Origin: Candidatus Undinarchaeales archaeon
Lineage (GTDB): Archaea > SpSt-1190 > JASMDC01
Direction of reading: 5' to 3'
DNA: 64,000 bases
Assembly: GCA_030753015.1 (NCBI GenBank)
Contig: JASMDC010000011.1
Location: 21,674-85,673, forward strand
In this document: positions 16,801-24,895 of the stretch, in pieces
Layout: every line of letters begins with the position of its first letter
How positions within the stretch are numbered: the first letter of the stretch is position 1
Program-made: the position numbers and the translations under genes
The notes under the pieces: model-generated
What the model saw: only the letters and a program-made list of their open reading frames with translations
What the model was told of the DNA's origin: nothing
Database searches by the model: none

Positions 16801-18035
16801 TCGATGGTGCGGCAGAGTGGACCGACGGCTACCTCCTCGTCCGCGGTCCCGGCCTGCTCCACTCAGGTTCCGACGAGGGGCTATTCCTCATGCACATCGA
16901 TCTGGTCGGTGACCGGCTCTCGGCCAGGACCATCGGTCCGGCCGACGGCGCTACGGCCATGGCCCTCCAGCACCACCGGCTCCTCGTGCACTATGATTCA
17001 GGCGAGAGCGCACCCTTCCAGCGCATCCATCTCGTGAACGGATCCTACCTCCTGGAGCATACCGACCACCACTTCGGTAACCTCACATCGGTGACGGCTG
17101 ACGGCGACCGTTTCGTGCTGTGCGGCCCGGACGCTCTCACCATCATGCGGACCGGTGCCTCGGAGGGCGTGGGACATCTCCTGCTCGACAACGGGACCGC
17201 TGCATGTTCGGGATACGACTGGATGGTCTCCGTCGTACATGTCGGAGGAAGGCAGGTCCACGTCCACAACGATACCTATCACCTGCCTCTGTGGTCCTCA
17301 CCAGAGCTTGATGACGAGCCCACATCGGTGCTCCTCCATGACGGCCGTGTATACGCCGGTACGCCCCGAGGACGTCTGATGGCCTGGAACCTCACACGAG
17401 ATCTGGGGGAGCGGACGCTGCCGGGGCACACTGGCCCCCTCCAGGTGCTCGCGGCCGATGACAGGTACATCTACTCTGGCGGTGCGGACGGTGTGATAAA
17501 GGTCCGGGAGGCGGAGATCCTGTTCGGTCGCTTCACGCTCCGCGGCCACACTTCGCCGGTGCTGGGGATCGTCCCCCTCGACGACCGTGTCCTGTCCTTC
17601 GACAACGGTACTGTGCGCCTGTGGAAGCGTCCCTATCGTCCAGAACCGGTGGTCGTGACACCGACGATCCGGCCTAACGTGACAGTGGCCCCGAACGTCA
17701 CACTCGTTCCGAACGTGACGCTCCAACCCTCCCCCACCAAACCCTCTGGCAACCTGTTCAAGATGGTGTACGGCTCGTGCGGGGACGACGTGTGCGATAC
17801 CGACGAGGACTCCGGGAACTGCTGTCGTGACTGCGGGTGCCCGCCGGGCCAGACGTGTACCGACGATGGATGCATCATCGAGGACCGTTCGATATCGGTG
17901 GTCCCGAGCGAAGAGCCGAAGGTCGTGCTCGAGGAGCCGGACGACCCCATGGACTACGATGCGACCGATGTTGTGAAGATAGTCCTCGTGCTGGGTATCG
18001 GAGCTTCCGCCCTTGCGGCCTCGAAGCGGCCCTAA
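13836..18035 (+). CDS. Giant secreted/membrane-anchored mosaic protein: LamG-like, PQQ-type beta-propeller, Cys-rich module, WD40-like propeller, second Cys-rich module, C-terminal TM anchor
   Basis: 1399-aa ORF with an N-terminal signal/anchor. LamG_3-like LIAHWTFDEGRGSTVNDHS...IDDVRIYGRALTADEV. Repeated SSPAV.NG.VYVGS.D..vYA.D blades. GHTGPLQVL/GHTSPVLGI WD-like repeats. C-terminal hydrophobic helix followed by KRP. Confidence 0.85.
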   Translation: MRGGRLVRRVLVVLLINVLIAILAHGAVDDGLIAHWTFDEGRGSTVNDHSEYGNHGTVDRATWTAGVSGDALSFNGESSSVRVLDSDSLDVTVGLTIAAWINAVAFFGEGDHNGNPIVTKWETTRNGVPIGQYHLSLYEGGNIIFRVAGDTELDELVAEQVVDVGGWSHIAASWDGRIMRLYVNGSVVAEKSSKVATIQNREYGGDDLKIGQDTGGWDPPGWYFHGAIDDVRIYGRALTADEVTDLHTIVERDAGMGPTMPSSLYDGLPPNGPLDLSTFVVHFGDDPTHPCTSWDNEVSPSRITLKCDHASAWWSAVALREVDVSDYSRMRLTGTITSSPAIERDYHSVLVVLPGRVTCEDGDRYSLCSLDGEPLQGVTDGVGWGRWDEAAIAYCNVRTNEADRECELDADVSGLDTVTIVYLFSDGWIIWSDLHGTLSDATIELVPEALDDKGSDWPMIQRNPARTGYTDDEVRPPLKLAWRYKTNEVVRSSPAVVNGTVYVGSFDNHVHAIDATTGESIWKYRTKDTIYSSPALSDGSLYIGSHDGYLYSLDAATGELNWKYQMGYFFNWDKVPGDDEGRFRDYFSGNRVVDWADRAKITKADDKMSITVTSDGDSITIYLNKERSEATITRKQPTGLSMWNFPVSVVNNETIVYYPNVAVTSSPVVYDDTVYINSVDYLYALDAGTGGLRWRYDSDHVLDEYPAIHDGLVFIPTTDGHVHAIDADTGVGMWKKRLGNSSITSVSVIRGIVYAGSKDHFIYALDAANGNQLWKFETGGKIHSAPAIDDERVFIGSDDGFVHALDASTGEERARYWIGIWVYSAPAVSGGTVYISSLDNSIYAVDIETEEQTWRYETGGRISSSPAVSNGMIYVGSDDEYLYAFRGCRPSEGCCSDADCEQDMTCTSRECLPRDCGELETCGNECVNPTAGRCCKDAWYPGAECCANDDCDAGTICVSGTCSRMSTFTPSTDSPWLLDVLDLGPFEIIDGAAEWTDGYLLVRGPGLLHSGSDEGLFLMHIDLVGDRLSARTIGPADGATAMALQHHRLLVHYDSGESAPFQRIHLVNGSYLLEHTDHHFGNLTSVTADGDRFVLCGPDALTIMRTGASEGVGHLLLDNGTAACSGYDWMVSVVHVGGRQVHVHNDTYHLPLWSSPELDDEPTSVLLHDGRVYAGTPRGRLMAWNLTRDLGERTLPGHTGPLQVLAADDRYIYSGGADGVIKVREAEILFGRFTLRGHTSPVLGIVPLDDRVLSFDNGTVRLWKRPYRPEPVVVTPTIRPNVTVAPNVTLVPNVTLQPSPTKPSGNLFKMVYGSCGDDVCDTDEDSGNCCRDCGCPPGQTCTDDGCIIEDRSISVVPSEEPKVVLEEPDDPMDYDATDVVKIVLVLGIGASALAASKRP

Positions 18036-18038
18036 CCA

Positions 18039-18497
18039 CTACACGAAGTCCAGATCGACCCATACACCGTGCTTTCGCAGGAGCTGGGCTGCCACGTCGG
18101 AGGCCAGGTCCGACACCTTGTCGAGGCCCTCTCGCACGTCCACCGGGAGGTCCTTGTCCTTGGACATGATCGGATCGAACACGGCATTGATCATCTCGAA
18201 CACGCCAGAGGCCCGGATGAGATAGTCCTTCTCCTTATCGGTTCCGGCCGACTCTCCCGCCTGGGCGAGGTAGAGGAAGCCCGTGGCGTTGAGCGCCAGC
18301 ACGGTGCTGAACAGCGTGTAGGAGCCGTCCAGATCGAGCGTATCGTACACCTGCATCCGCGCCCGCTTGATGAGAGAGAGCAGGTGCTCTTTCGCCGTCG
18401 CGTAGTCCTCATCCTCGGAGAGGATGACGACCGCCTTCTCCAGCTCCCCCATCATCCGGTGGAGCTTCTCAGCGTCAAGTGAGTCAAGTTCGCTCAT
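18039..18497 (-). CDS. Hypothetical helical protein
   Basis: Internal ATG (MSELDSLDAEKL...) of track ORF 18039-18578, 14 nt after the upstream gene's stop. No motif recognised. Confidence 0.55.
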   Translation of the reverse strand: MSELDSLDAEKLHRMMGELEKAVVILSEDEDYATAKEHLLSLIKRARMQVYDTLDLDGSYTLFSTVLALNATGFLYLAQAGESAGTDKEKDYLIRASGVFEMINAVFDPIMSKDKDLPVDVREGLDKVSDLASDVAAQLLRKHGVWVDLDFV

Positions 18498-18511
18498 TAT
18501 GATCACCTTGC

Positions 18512-19099
18512 TCAGAAGTCGGACGATGTCAGCATGGCCATGAGTGACTGGGACAGCCCCTGCCGCTCCTCCTTGCACATGTCACCCGAGCTCGTGAGCC
18601 TGCCCTGGTAGAGCTTGAACTGATCGATCCGGTCCTTGGCCTGGAGGAAGAACATGAGGCTGATGGACGTCTGGGAGAGGTCCTGGAGGGACGCGCCCAG
18701 CTCGTGGAGCATCTTGATGTCATTGGGATTGGCCTGGAACCGCTGGGTGAGCGTCCGCACGACACCGTGGAGGCGCTTGAGCTCGGTCTTCCACTCCTCC
18801 ACGTTGTTCTCCGCTTTCATGTAGGCCTCGGCGTCGCCAACGAAGAAGTCCTCGACGACAGCTGCCTCGTCGGTGGTGAGGGCCTGGTCCTGGTTGAGCT
18901 TGGTGATAACGGTCTGCATTTGCTGCTGCTGAGCGGCCTGAACGAACTCGCGGACATCACCGAGGGCCTCGTCCGCGGCCACCCGTACGTTGCCGAGCTT
19001 GACGCTGTCGCCCGCCATGACGGCGTTGGGAAGTTCTTTGATGATGCTGGCAAGCTTGGGTTCGAGGTTCATGTCGGACATGCCCTCTTTATCACCCAT
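18512..19099 (-). CDS. Hypothetical helical protein
   Basis: 195-aa ORF. The start may be a downstream Met (19081 or 19072), given the TTAAT element at about 19103 shared with hutI. No motif recognised. Confidence 0.55.
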   Translation of the reverse strand: MGDKEGMSDMNLEPKLASIIKELPNAVMAGDSVKLGNVRVAADEALGDVREFVQAAQQQQMQTVITKLNQDQALTTDEAAVVEDFFVGDAEAYMKAENNVEEWKTELKRLHGVVRTLTQRFQANPNDIKMLHELGASLQDLSQTSISLMFFLQAKDRIDQFKLYQGRLTSSGDMCKEERQGLSQSLMAMLTSSDF

Positions 19100-19136
19100 C
19101 AGATTAATGAAGATTTACCCGCCCGTGGCCCACGCC

Positions 19137-20390
19137 ATGGCACGGATCGCCGCCGACCTCATCATCACCAACGCAGCGGAGCTGCTGATCGTCCCTGATG
19201 GGGGATGCCCCCGCACGGGTCCCGCGCAGGGGCACCTGGGCATCGTGCGCGACGGCGCCGTTGCGGTAGCGGACGGTCGCATCATCGGTATCGGAAGGAC
19301 CCGGGACGTGCTCGGTGCCTTTTCAGGGGAGAAGCTCGATGCCAGCGGACGCGTGGTGATGCCCGGGTTCGTGGACCCGCACACGCACCTGGTGTTCGGT
19401 GGATCGCGCGAGCACGAGTACGTGATGAAGCTCGAGGGCAAGAGCTACATGGAGATCATGGAGGCCGGAGGCGGCATCTTCTCCACCGTGCGCGCGACCC
19501 GTGCTGCTTCCGAGGACGAGCTGGTCGCGCAGGCGCGCAGACGGCTCGACCGCATGCTCACCTGGGGGACGACCACCGTCGAGGCCAAGAGCGGGTACGG
19601 GCTCACCGTGGAGGACGAGCTCAAGTGCCTTCGTGCTGCCCTCAGGCTCGGGAGGGAGCATCCCGCGGACGTGGTGTCCACCTTCCTGGGGGCCCATGCG
19701 GTGCCCGAGGGGATGGATCCCGATGCCTACATCGACCTTCTTGTGCACGAGGCGGTCCCGAAGGTCGCCACCGAGGGCCTGGCCGAGTTCTGCGACGTGT
19801 TCTGTGAGAAGGGCGTGTTCTCCGTGGACCAGTCCCGGCGACTGCTGAGCGCAGCGGCCGAAGCGGGTCTCGCGCCAAAGCTCCACGCCGACGAGCTCTC
19901 ACAGCGGGGCGGTTCGGAGCTCGCAGCAGAGGTGGGTGCCGTGTCGGCCGACCACCTCCTCATGGCCTCGGACGCAGGGATACAGGCCATGGCGCGCGAA
20001 GATGTCATGGGCGTGCTCCTTCCGGGGACGCCGTTCGTGCTGAGGAGCGACTACCCGCGGGCCAGGTACATGGTCGAGCAGGGACTTCCGCTGGCGCTCG
20101 CGACGGACCTCAATCCCAACTGCCTGACCGAGGGCATGCCGCTCATGGTGGCACTGGCGTGCGTCCAGATGCGCATGCTGCCTGCCGAGGCCATCGTCGC
20201 CGCCACCCTCAACGCCGCGTACGCCATCAACCGGGCCGACGAGGTCGGGAGCCTCGACATCGGGAAGAAGGCTGACATTATTATCCTCGATGCCCCGAAC
20301 CACATCCATCTCCCCTACCACTTCGGGGTCAACCTTGTGGACACGGTCATCAAGGAGGGTGTGGTCGTCCGCGAGGGGCAGACCGGGTAA
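19137..20390 (+). CDS. hutI: Imidazolonepropionase-like amidohydrolase
   Basis: Internal ATG of track ORF 18990-20390. Motifs PGFVDPHTHLVFGGSR, KSGYGL and ATDLNP are typical of HutI. No hutH or hutU nearby. Confidence 0.85.
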   Translation: MARIAADLIITNAAELLIVPDGGCPRTGPAQGHLGIVRDGAVAVADGRIIGIGRTRDVLGAFSGEKLDASGRVVMPGFVDPHTHLVFGGSREHEYVMKLEGKSYMEIMEAGGGIFSTVRATRAASEDELVAQARRRLDRMLTWGTTTVEAKSGYGLTVEDELKCLRAALRLGREHPADVVSTFLGAHAVPEGMDPDAYIDLLVHEAVPKVATEGLAEFCDVFCEKGVFSVDQSRRLLSAAAEAGLAPKLHADELSQRGGSELAAEVGAVSADHLLMASDAGIQAMAREDVMGVLLPGTPFVLRSDYPRARYMVEQGLPLALATDLNPNCLTEGMPLMVALACVQMRMLPAEAIVAATLNAAYAINRADEVGSLDIGKKADIIILDAPNHIHLPYHFGVNLVDTVIKEGVVVREGQTG

Positions 20391-20424
20391 CCTAACCGTG
20401 GTCCTGTAGCGAAGTGATATGATT

Positions 20425-20442
20425 TTGTATCAATTGATACAA
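20425..20442. promoter_or_regulatory. Perfect 18-bp palindrome TTGTATCAATTGATACAA
   Basis: Read directly from the sequence. Lies between the hutI stop and the TATA-like CCTTTATATGG (20483-20493) of the next gene. Confidence 0.6.
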
Positions 20443-20531
20443 TTATGTGACGGTTGTGGGATTAAACGTGACCCTTGGGAACCTTTATATGGGAGCTCAT
20501 CGGCCCGTTGCCTCCATCGGGAGGACATGAC

Positions 20532-21359
20532 GTGCCGTACCTGGAGGTCGCATTGAATCCGGGAGATATCATATCGGACCTCTACACGGACCCCCGGATC
20601 ACAAATGCGGGTGATACCTTCCCAGAGACCACTCAGTACTCACTTAAGGCCGCCATCTCCCCTGAACCGTACCAGAGCGGTGAGAGGCCCATCTCCTACG
20701 GTCTGACGGACGTGTACAGGATCGACGAGTACGGGACGTGCGATGTTCCGGACATGGACAGGTCCGTTTTCCAGGTAGAGGTCTGCCGACGGGTGACACG
20801 AGGTGACGACGGGCAGCCCGTGGTGCATGAGGAAGACGCGTACGCGGTCCTCTATCTCAACAGCCCGGACGGGACGAAGGCGTCCGCCGTGCGGTCGGTC
20901 GTCGTTGGATCTCCTGGCTACCGCGATTACAAGGTCTCGCATCTCGACGGTGAGCTACCTAAAGGGTATACGGAAGGGAACATGAAGGATGTCCTGACCG
21001 AGATGGATGTCGTCATCGACGACCGGGTCGACGGGTTCCTCAGCGATGTGCTGCCAGGGTACGCTTCCGCCGGGCTCGCGTGTGCGTGGGGCCGCCAAGC
21101 GACGACCGTCCTCGAATCCATCGCCTACCAGGTGGGCCCAGAAAGCGATCCTGACGCGCCGATCATCATCGAGAACTACCATGCCAAGCTCGATGTTGAC
21201 GGTACCGATGATCCGTACTTCAACGTCGCCTTTAGAGTGCGGGAGGACGCGATCACCTCGGACTTCGGATCGGGTGAATGGTATGCCCGACGACACGAGA
21301 AGATGAAGCCGGTCATCGGATGTGGGCCTGGCGACGCAACGCTCCTCCTCGAAGGGTAG
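20532..21359 (+). CDS. Hypothetical acidic protein
   Basis: Frame of track ORF 20475-21359 (TTG start). GTG at 20532 is preceded by GGGAGG and lies downstream of a TATA-like box. No signal peptide and no motif recognised. Start uncertain. Confidence 0.55.
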   Translation: MPYLEVALNPGDIISDLYTDPRITNAGDTFPETTQYSLKAAISPEPYQSGERPISYGLTDVYRIDEYGTCDVPDMDRSVFQVEVCRRVTRGDDGQPVVHEEDAYAVLYLNSPDGTKASAVRSVVVGSPGYRDYKVSHLDGELPKGYTEGNMKDVLTEMDVVIDDRVDGFLSDVLPGYASAGLACAWGRQATTVLESIAYQVGPESDPDAPIIIENYHAKLDVDGTDDPYFNVAFRVREDAITSDFGSGEWYARRHEKMKPVIGCGPGDATLLLEG

Positions 21360-21447
21360 ATGCTGAACATTCCAAACAATACCGTATAAATGATCCGGGT
21401 CACGTGAGGACAATCCGGATTCCGATTCCGCTCGTCGTAGGAACAAC

Positions 21448-21457
21448 CTTTATTAAC
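21448..21457 (+). promoter_or_regulatory. TATA box CTTTATTAAC
   Basis: Ends 23 nt before the ATG at 21481. An identical 10-mer with identical spacing precedes the paralogue at 22282. Confidence 0.6.
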
Positions 21458-21480
21458 CCTGCCACGGTCTGACACGTTTC

Positions 21481-22212
21481 ATGGACGCTCTTGACCTCGA
21501 ATCGGAAGGATATGCTGCTACCGAGTCGGCCGATGGTTACCGACAGACCAACGACCTCTCATCCTACAGTGTCGCTAGCGGTGTCGCCATGGCGGGCCTC
21601 ATCATCGGGCTCGGCGTGCTCGCAGAAGAAGCGGAAGCGCGCGACTGGCGCAATTACGACGTTGGCCAGGACGACAACGGGAACCTCCCCAACCAGCCTC
21701 AAGAGCCGCATTACCAGCCTCAGCCCGAGACCAATCATGTTCAAGAGCACGTCCACCAGCAGCCGAACATCAACTACACTCAGGACTCTGACGGCGACGG
21801 TCTATCCGACTACAGGGAGGTCCACACTTATGGTACCAATCCCCGCATGTTCGACACCGATCGTGACGGTATCAACGACGGGAGCGAGGTCAACTTCTAC
21901 AGGAGCAATCCGCTCTCGAACGACACGGACGGCGACGGCCTCTGGGACGGGAAGGAGGTCTACCATGGGACGAACCTCACGGACTGGGACACGGACAACG
22001 ATGGATGGTCCGATGGTGACGAGGTGCGCTACGGCACCAATCCACGCAACTCCCGATCGCAACCCCGTGGAAACAACAGACCCCACTGGCGGGACCGCAA
22101 TCGCGGCTGGCGCGATCACAACGGACGATACCGCCAACCGCACTATCCGCATCACAACGGCGGGGGACGGCTCATAATCAGGCTACCGCGGCTGAACTTC
22201 ACCATCAGATGA
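21481..22212 (+). CDS. Membrane-anchored protein with thrombospondin type 3-like Ca-binding repeats (paralogue 1)
   Basis: 243-aa ORF with an acidic N-tail and one TM helix. Four DxDxDGxxDxxE-type repeats (DSDGDGLSDYRE, DTDRDGINDGSE, DTDGDGLWDGKE, DTDNDGWSDGDE). His/Arg-rich tail ending RLPRLNFTIR. Confidence 0.8.
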   Translation: MDALDLESEGYAATESADGYRQTNDLSSYSVASGVAMAGLIIGLGVLAEEAEARDWRNYDVGQDDNGNLPNQPQEPHYQPQPETNHVQEHVHQQPNINYTQDSDGDGLSDYREVHTYGTNPRMFDTDRDGINDGSEVNFYRSNPLSNDTDGDGLWDGKEVYHGTNLTDWDTDNDGWSDGDEVRYGTNPRNSRSQPRGNNRPHWRDRNRGWRDHNGRYRQPHYPHHNGGGRLIIRLPRLNFTIR

Positions 22213-22248
22213 GCTGATTTTCACTCAGCGGTGACAACAAAAGGAAAA

Positions 22249-22258
22249 CTTTATTAAC
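22249..22258 (+). promoter_or_regulatory. TATA box CTTTATTAAC
   Basis: Ends 23 nt before the ATG at 22282. Same sequence and spacing as at 21448. Confidence 0.6.
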
Positions 22259-22281
22259 AGACCGGGGGCCGGAAATCCCTC

Positions 22282-22944
22282 ATGTATGGTCTTGACCTAG
22301 AAACCGATGGTATCGCGACCGCCGAGAAAACGGACGCCTACCATAAGACTGACGATCTCTCATCCTACGGTATGGCCGGCACGGCTATCGCTGCCGGTGC
22401 CATCGTGGGCGTGTTCGCTCTTGCAGAGACGGCCGAGGCCCAGGAGGGCTGGCGTGACAAGAGCGGCTCGTCCAACGGCAGCTGGCGTAACTACGATGTC
22501 AACGGTGGCGGTAACAACTACCAGGGCGGTAGTGATGTAGGCAGTAATGTCGGCAGTGGTATCGACACCGACGGTGACGGTCTGAGCGACCATGCTGAGC
22601 TCAACACCTACGGTACTAATCCGCGCCTCATCGACACCGACCGTGACGGGATCAATGACGGGACAGAAGTGAAATTCTACGGTAGCAACCCACGGGACAT
22701 CGATACCGATTGGGACGGTCTCGCAGATGGTAAGGAGGTCTACCACGGTACGAACCTCAAACACTGGGACTCGGACGGTGATGGCTGGTCCGATGGCGAC
22801 GAGGTGCACCGCGGCACCAACCCACGCAATTTCAGGTCGCACCCCGGCCCGCGATACCACCACCGCTGGAACGGCCACCGTGGTCATCACAGTGGTGTGC
22901 GGATCCGTATCGGCCTGCCCCAGCTCAACATTTCCATCAGGTAG
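22282..22944 (+). CDS. Membrane-anchored protein with thrombospondin type 3-like Ca-binding repeats (paralogue 2)
   Basis: 220-aa ORF, collinear with 21481-22212. Shares the N-terminus M..LDLE..G.A..E..D.Y..T.DLSSY, one TM helix and four TSP3-like repeats. Tail ends GLPQLNISIR. Confidence 0.8.
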   Translation: MYGLDLETDGIATAEKTDAYHKTDDLSSYGMAGTAIAAGAIVGVFALAETAEAQEGWRDKSGSSNGSWRNYDVNGGGNNYQGGSDVGSNVGSGIDTDGDGLSDHAELNTYGTNPRLIDTDRDGINDGTEVKFYGSNPRDIDTDWDGLADGKEVYHGTNLKHWDSDGDGWSDGDEVHRGTNPRNFRSHPGPRYHHRWNGHRGHHSGVRIRIGLPQLNISIR

Positions 22945-22977
22945 TGTAGCGCTCCCGAGTTCGACGGGAACTCTTTG

Positions 22978-23265
22978 CTAGAGCGTCAGCGCCACGTCGA
23001 ACCGTGAATAATCGCCAGTGGCCTCTTCCCAGGTGGTATGCACATCGTCCACCTTGGAGAGGCGCGGCCCCTGGTGTGCCCAGGAGATGAGGCGTTCGAT
23101 CGCTCCACGGGGGCCTTCTACGATGATCTCAACGTCGCCGGTGCGTAGGTTGCGGACCAGGCCCGTGAGGCCGAGGTCGTCGGCGACATCGCATGCTGTG
23201 ACCCGGAAGAAGACTCCCTGGACGAGGCCTGATACGATCACGTGGGCGCGCACGCATTCATCCAT
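22978..23265 (-). CDS. acyP: Acylphosphatase
   Basis: Internal ATG (MDECVRAHVIVSGLVQGVFFR...) of track ORF 22978-23352. Contains the V.G.VQGV.FR signature. About 95 aa. Confidence 0.85.
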   Translation of the reverse strand: MDECVRAHVIVSGLVQGVFFRVTACDVADDLGLTGLVRNLRTGDVEIIVEGPRGAIERLISWAHQGPRLSKVDDVHTTWEEATGDYSRFDVALTL

Positions 23266-23276
23266 GCGTTCACCTC

Positions 23277-23819
23277 CTAGACGGGGTGTGAGGGGTATAT
23301 CGAGAACTCGCAGGCAGATTCTCCTCGCGCAGCACAGCGTCGCTCCAGGCACAGGAAGCGCTCGTGGTAGTGCCCTTCGAACACTCCTGCGAAGAGCCCG
23401 CGCAGGTAGTCGCAGACGGGTCGTTGTGACTCTCCTGCGTGCTCCAGGAACGATACGGCGAAGAACGAGTCCTCGACCCTGAGGATGCCCCCCTTGTGGC
23501 CTGTGTCCAGTGATACCACTGTCAGGGTACCGACGTTCGTCTCTGAGAGAAAGGAGCCTGCCTCGTCGAGGGACGCCTCGAGACCTTCGGTCACCAGTCT
23601 CAGGCCCATCTCCCTACCGGCGTCGAAGGCGATGGGGGACGAACCGCGACCCGCCATGCGCTGGAACATCCGCTCGATGCGAGCGATGAAGTCACCGGTA
23701 AGGACGGCGGAACGGATGCCCCGCACCCGGATGTTCCCGGGGGCGATGACTGTGTCGTTGTCGTCGGCCATGATGTGTCCCATATCGGCGGCAGTTCCGT
23801 CCGTCCGATAGTGCGACAT
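23277..23819 (-). CDS. V4R-domain (4-vinyl reductase-like small-molecule-binding) protein
   Basis: 180-aa ORF. C-terminal PVCDYLRGLFAGVFE...CLERRCAARGESACEFSI is the V4R Cys pattern. A TATA-like TTAATAAAAG sits only 4 nt upstream, so the true start may be Met13 or Met17 (23783 or 23771). Confidence 0.75.
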   Translation of the reverse strand: MSHYRTDGTAADMGHIMADDNDTVIAPGNIRVRGIRSAVLTGDFIARIERMFQRMAGRGSSPIAFDAGREMGLRLVTEGLEASLDEAGSFLSETNVGTLTVVSLDTGHKGGILRVEDSFFAVSFLEHAGESQRPVCDYLRGLFAGVFEGHYHERFLCLERRCAARGESACEFSIYPSHPV

Positions 23820-23856
23820 CCTCTTTTATTAACGTTTTGTCGCGGCAACGACGAGC

Positions 23857-24786
23857 CTACGGACGCAGTCCGCAGCAGAGAGCAAGGAACAGCCCGGCGG
23901 CGGTTATGTCGGCGGTCGTGCCGGGATTGCGGCGGTTCCCGTCCCTGCGGAGTTCGTCATCGAGCGACCGGACCGCATGCCACCAGTCAACGGAGAGCGG
24001 TTCGAGCCCGGTCACGATCGACCTGGCGGCGAGCATGACCTCCCGGGCCACCTCGTCACCGCCCTTGCGCCGGATCAGCGAGTCGGGGCGCTCGGCGAGC
24101 AGCTCCATGTAGGCGAGCACCACAGCCTCAGGCTCCAACCTCTCGCGCTCGAGGAGGAGAGAGCAGCAACGGCGGGACCGGGGAAAGCCCTCAACGAGCT
24201 CACGGGCCACGTCGTCCCGCGACACGGCCTCGCCGAAGGCGATGAGCGGAGTTACACCCTGGGATACCACCTGCTCGGCAGCGTCTGATGCCGTGGCGTC
24301 CCAACGCTCCGTCCGGCCGAGCCCACCGGGACTGGCCGCAGCGATGGCGCGGTAGATCGCGCCAGTGTCCTCCGATGTCGCCTCGCGCATGAGCTCACCG
24401 GTGGCGCTGATGAGCCCCTCGAGGGTACGGTCGTCAAGTGCGAGCGTGCGCACTGCGCCCGCTGCCAGGGGGACGATGAGGAATATGGTGCCAAGGAGGG
24501 TGTTCCCCCCATGGTGCCACCGCCCGCCCTGGAGCACGGCCTCCTCCATCGCGAGCCCGAGACCGGCAGCGGAGGGCTCTCCGGTGGCACGGGACGCCAG
24601 CCTGTGGAGCGGTCCATGGAGCGCTGATGCAGAGGCCAGGAAGTGTGCGTGCGTGATGTCGGGGAAAGAGGCGACCGGCGACACGTTCCCCGGCTTGGGA
24701 TGGGCACTGACCTCGATGGCAGGCGCCAGCAGGGCCGCAGTGATTGCATCGTCCGGTCCCTCGAGGATGAGGTCGGTCATCGTCAC
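23857..24786 (-). CDS. Triphosphoribosyl-dephospho-CoA synthase (CitG/MdcB)-family protein
   Basis: 309-aa ORF. HPKPGNVS motif near the N-terminus and a helical composition typical of COG1767. Confidence 0.7.
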   Translation of the reverse strand: MTMTDLILEGPDDAITAALLAPAIEVSAHPKPGNVSPVASFPDITHAHFLASASALHGPLHRLASRATGEPSAAGLGLAMEEAVLQGGRWHHGGNTLLGTIFLIVPLAAGAVRTLALDDRTLEGLISATGELMREATSEDTGAIYRAIAAASPGGLGRTERWDATASDAAEQVVSQGVTPLIAFGEAVSRDDVARELVEGFPRSRRCCSLLLERERLEPEAVVLAYMELLAERPDSLIRRKGGDEVAREVMLAARSIVTGLEPLSVDWWHAVRSLDDELRRDGNRRNPGTTADITAAGLFLALCCGLRP

Positions 24787-24895
24787 GGCCAGGGTAGGTG
24801 GGCCGGGGCTTAAAAAGATTGCGAGGACGGAGTAGAGGCAACAGGAAAGTATAAAAACAGACGAACGGGCCGTCGACCACTAGAAGGCTCACGCT

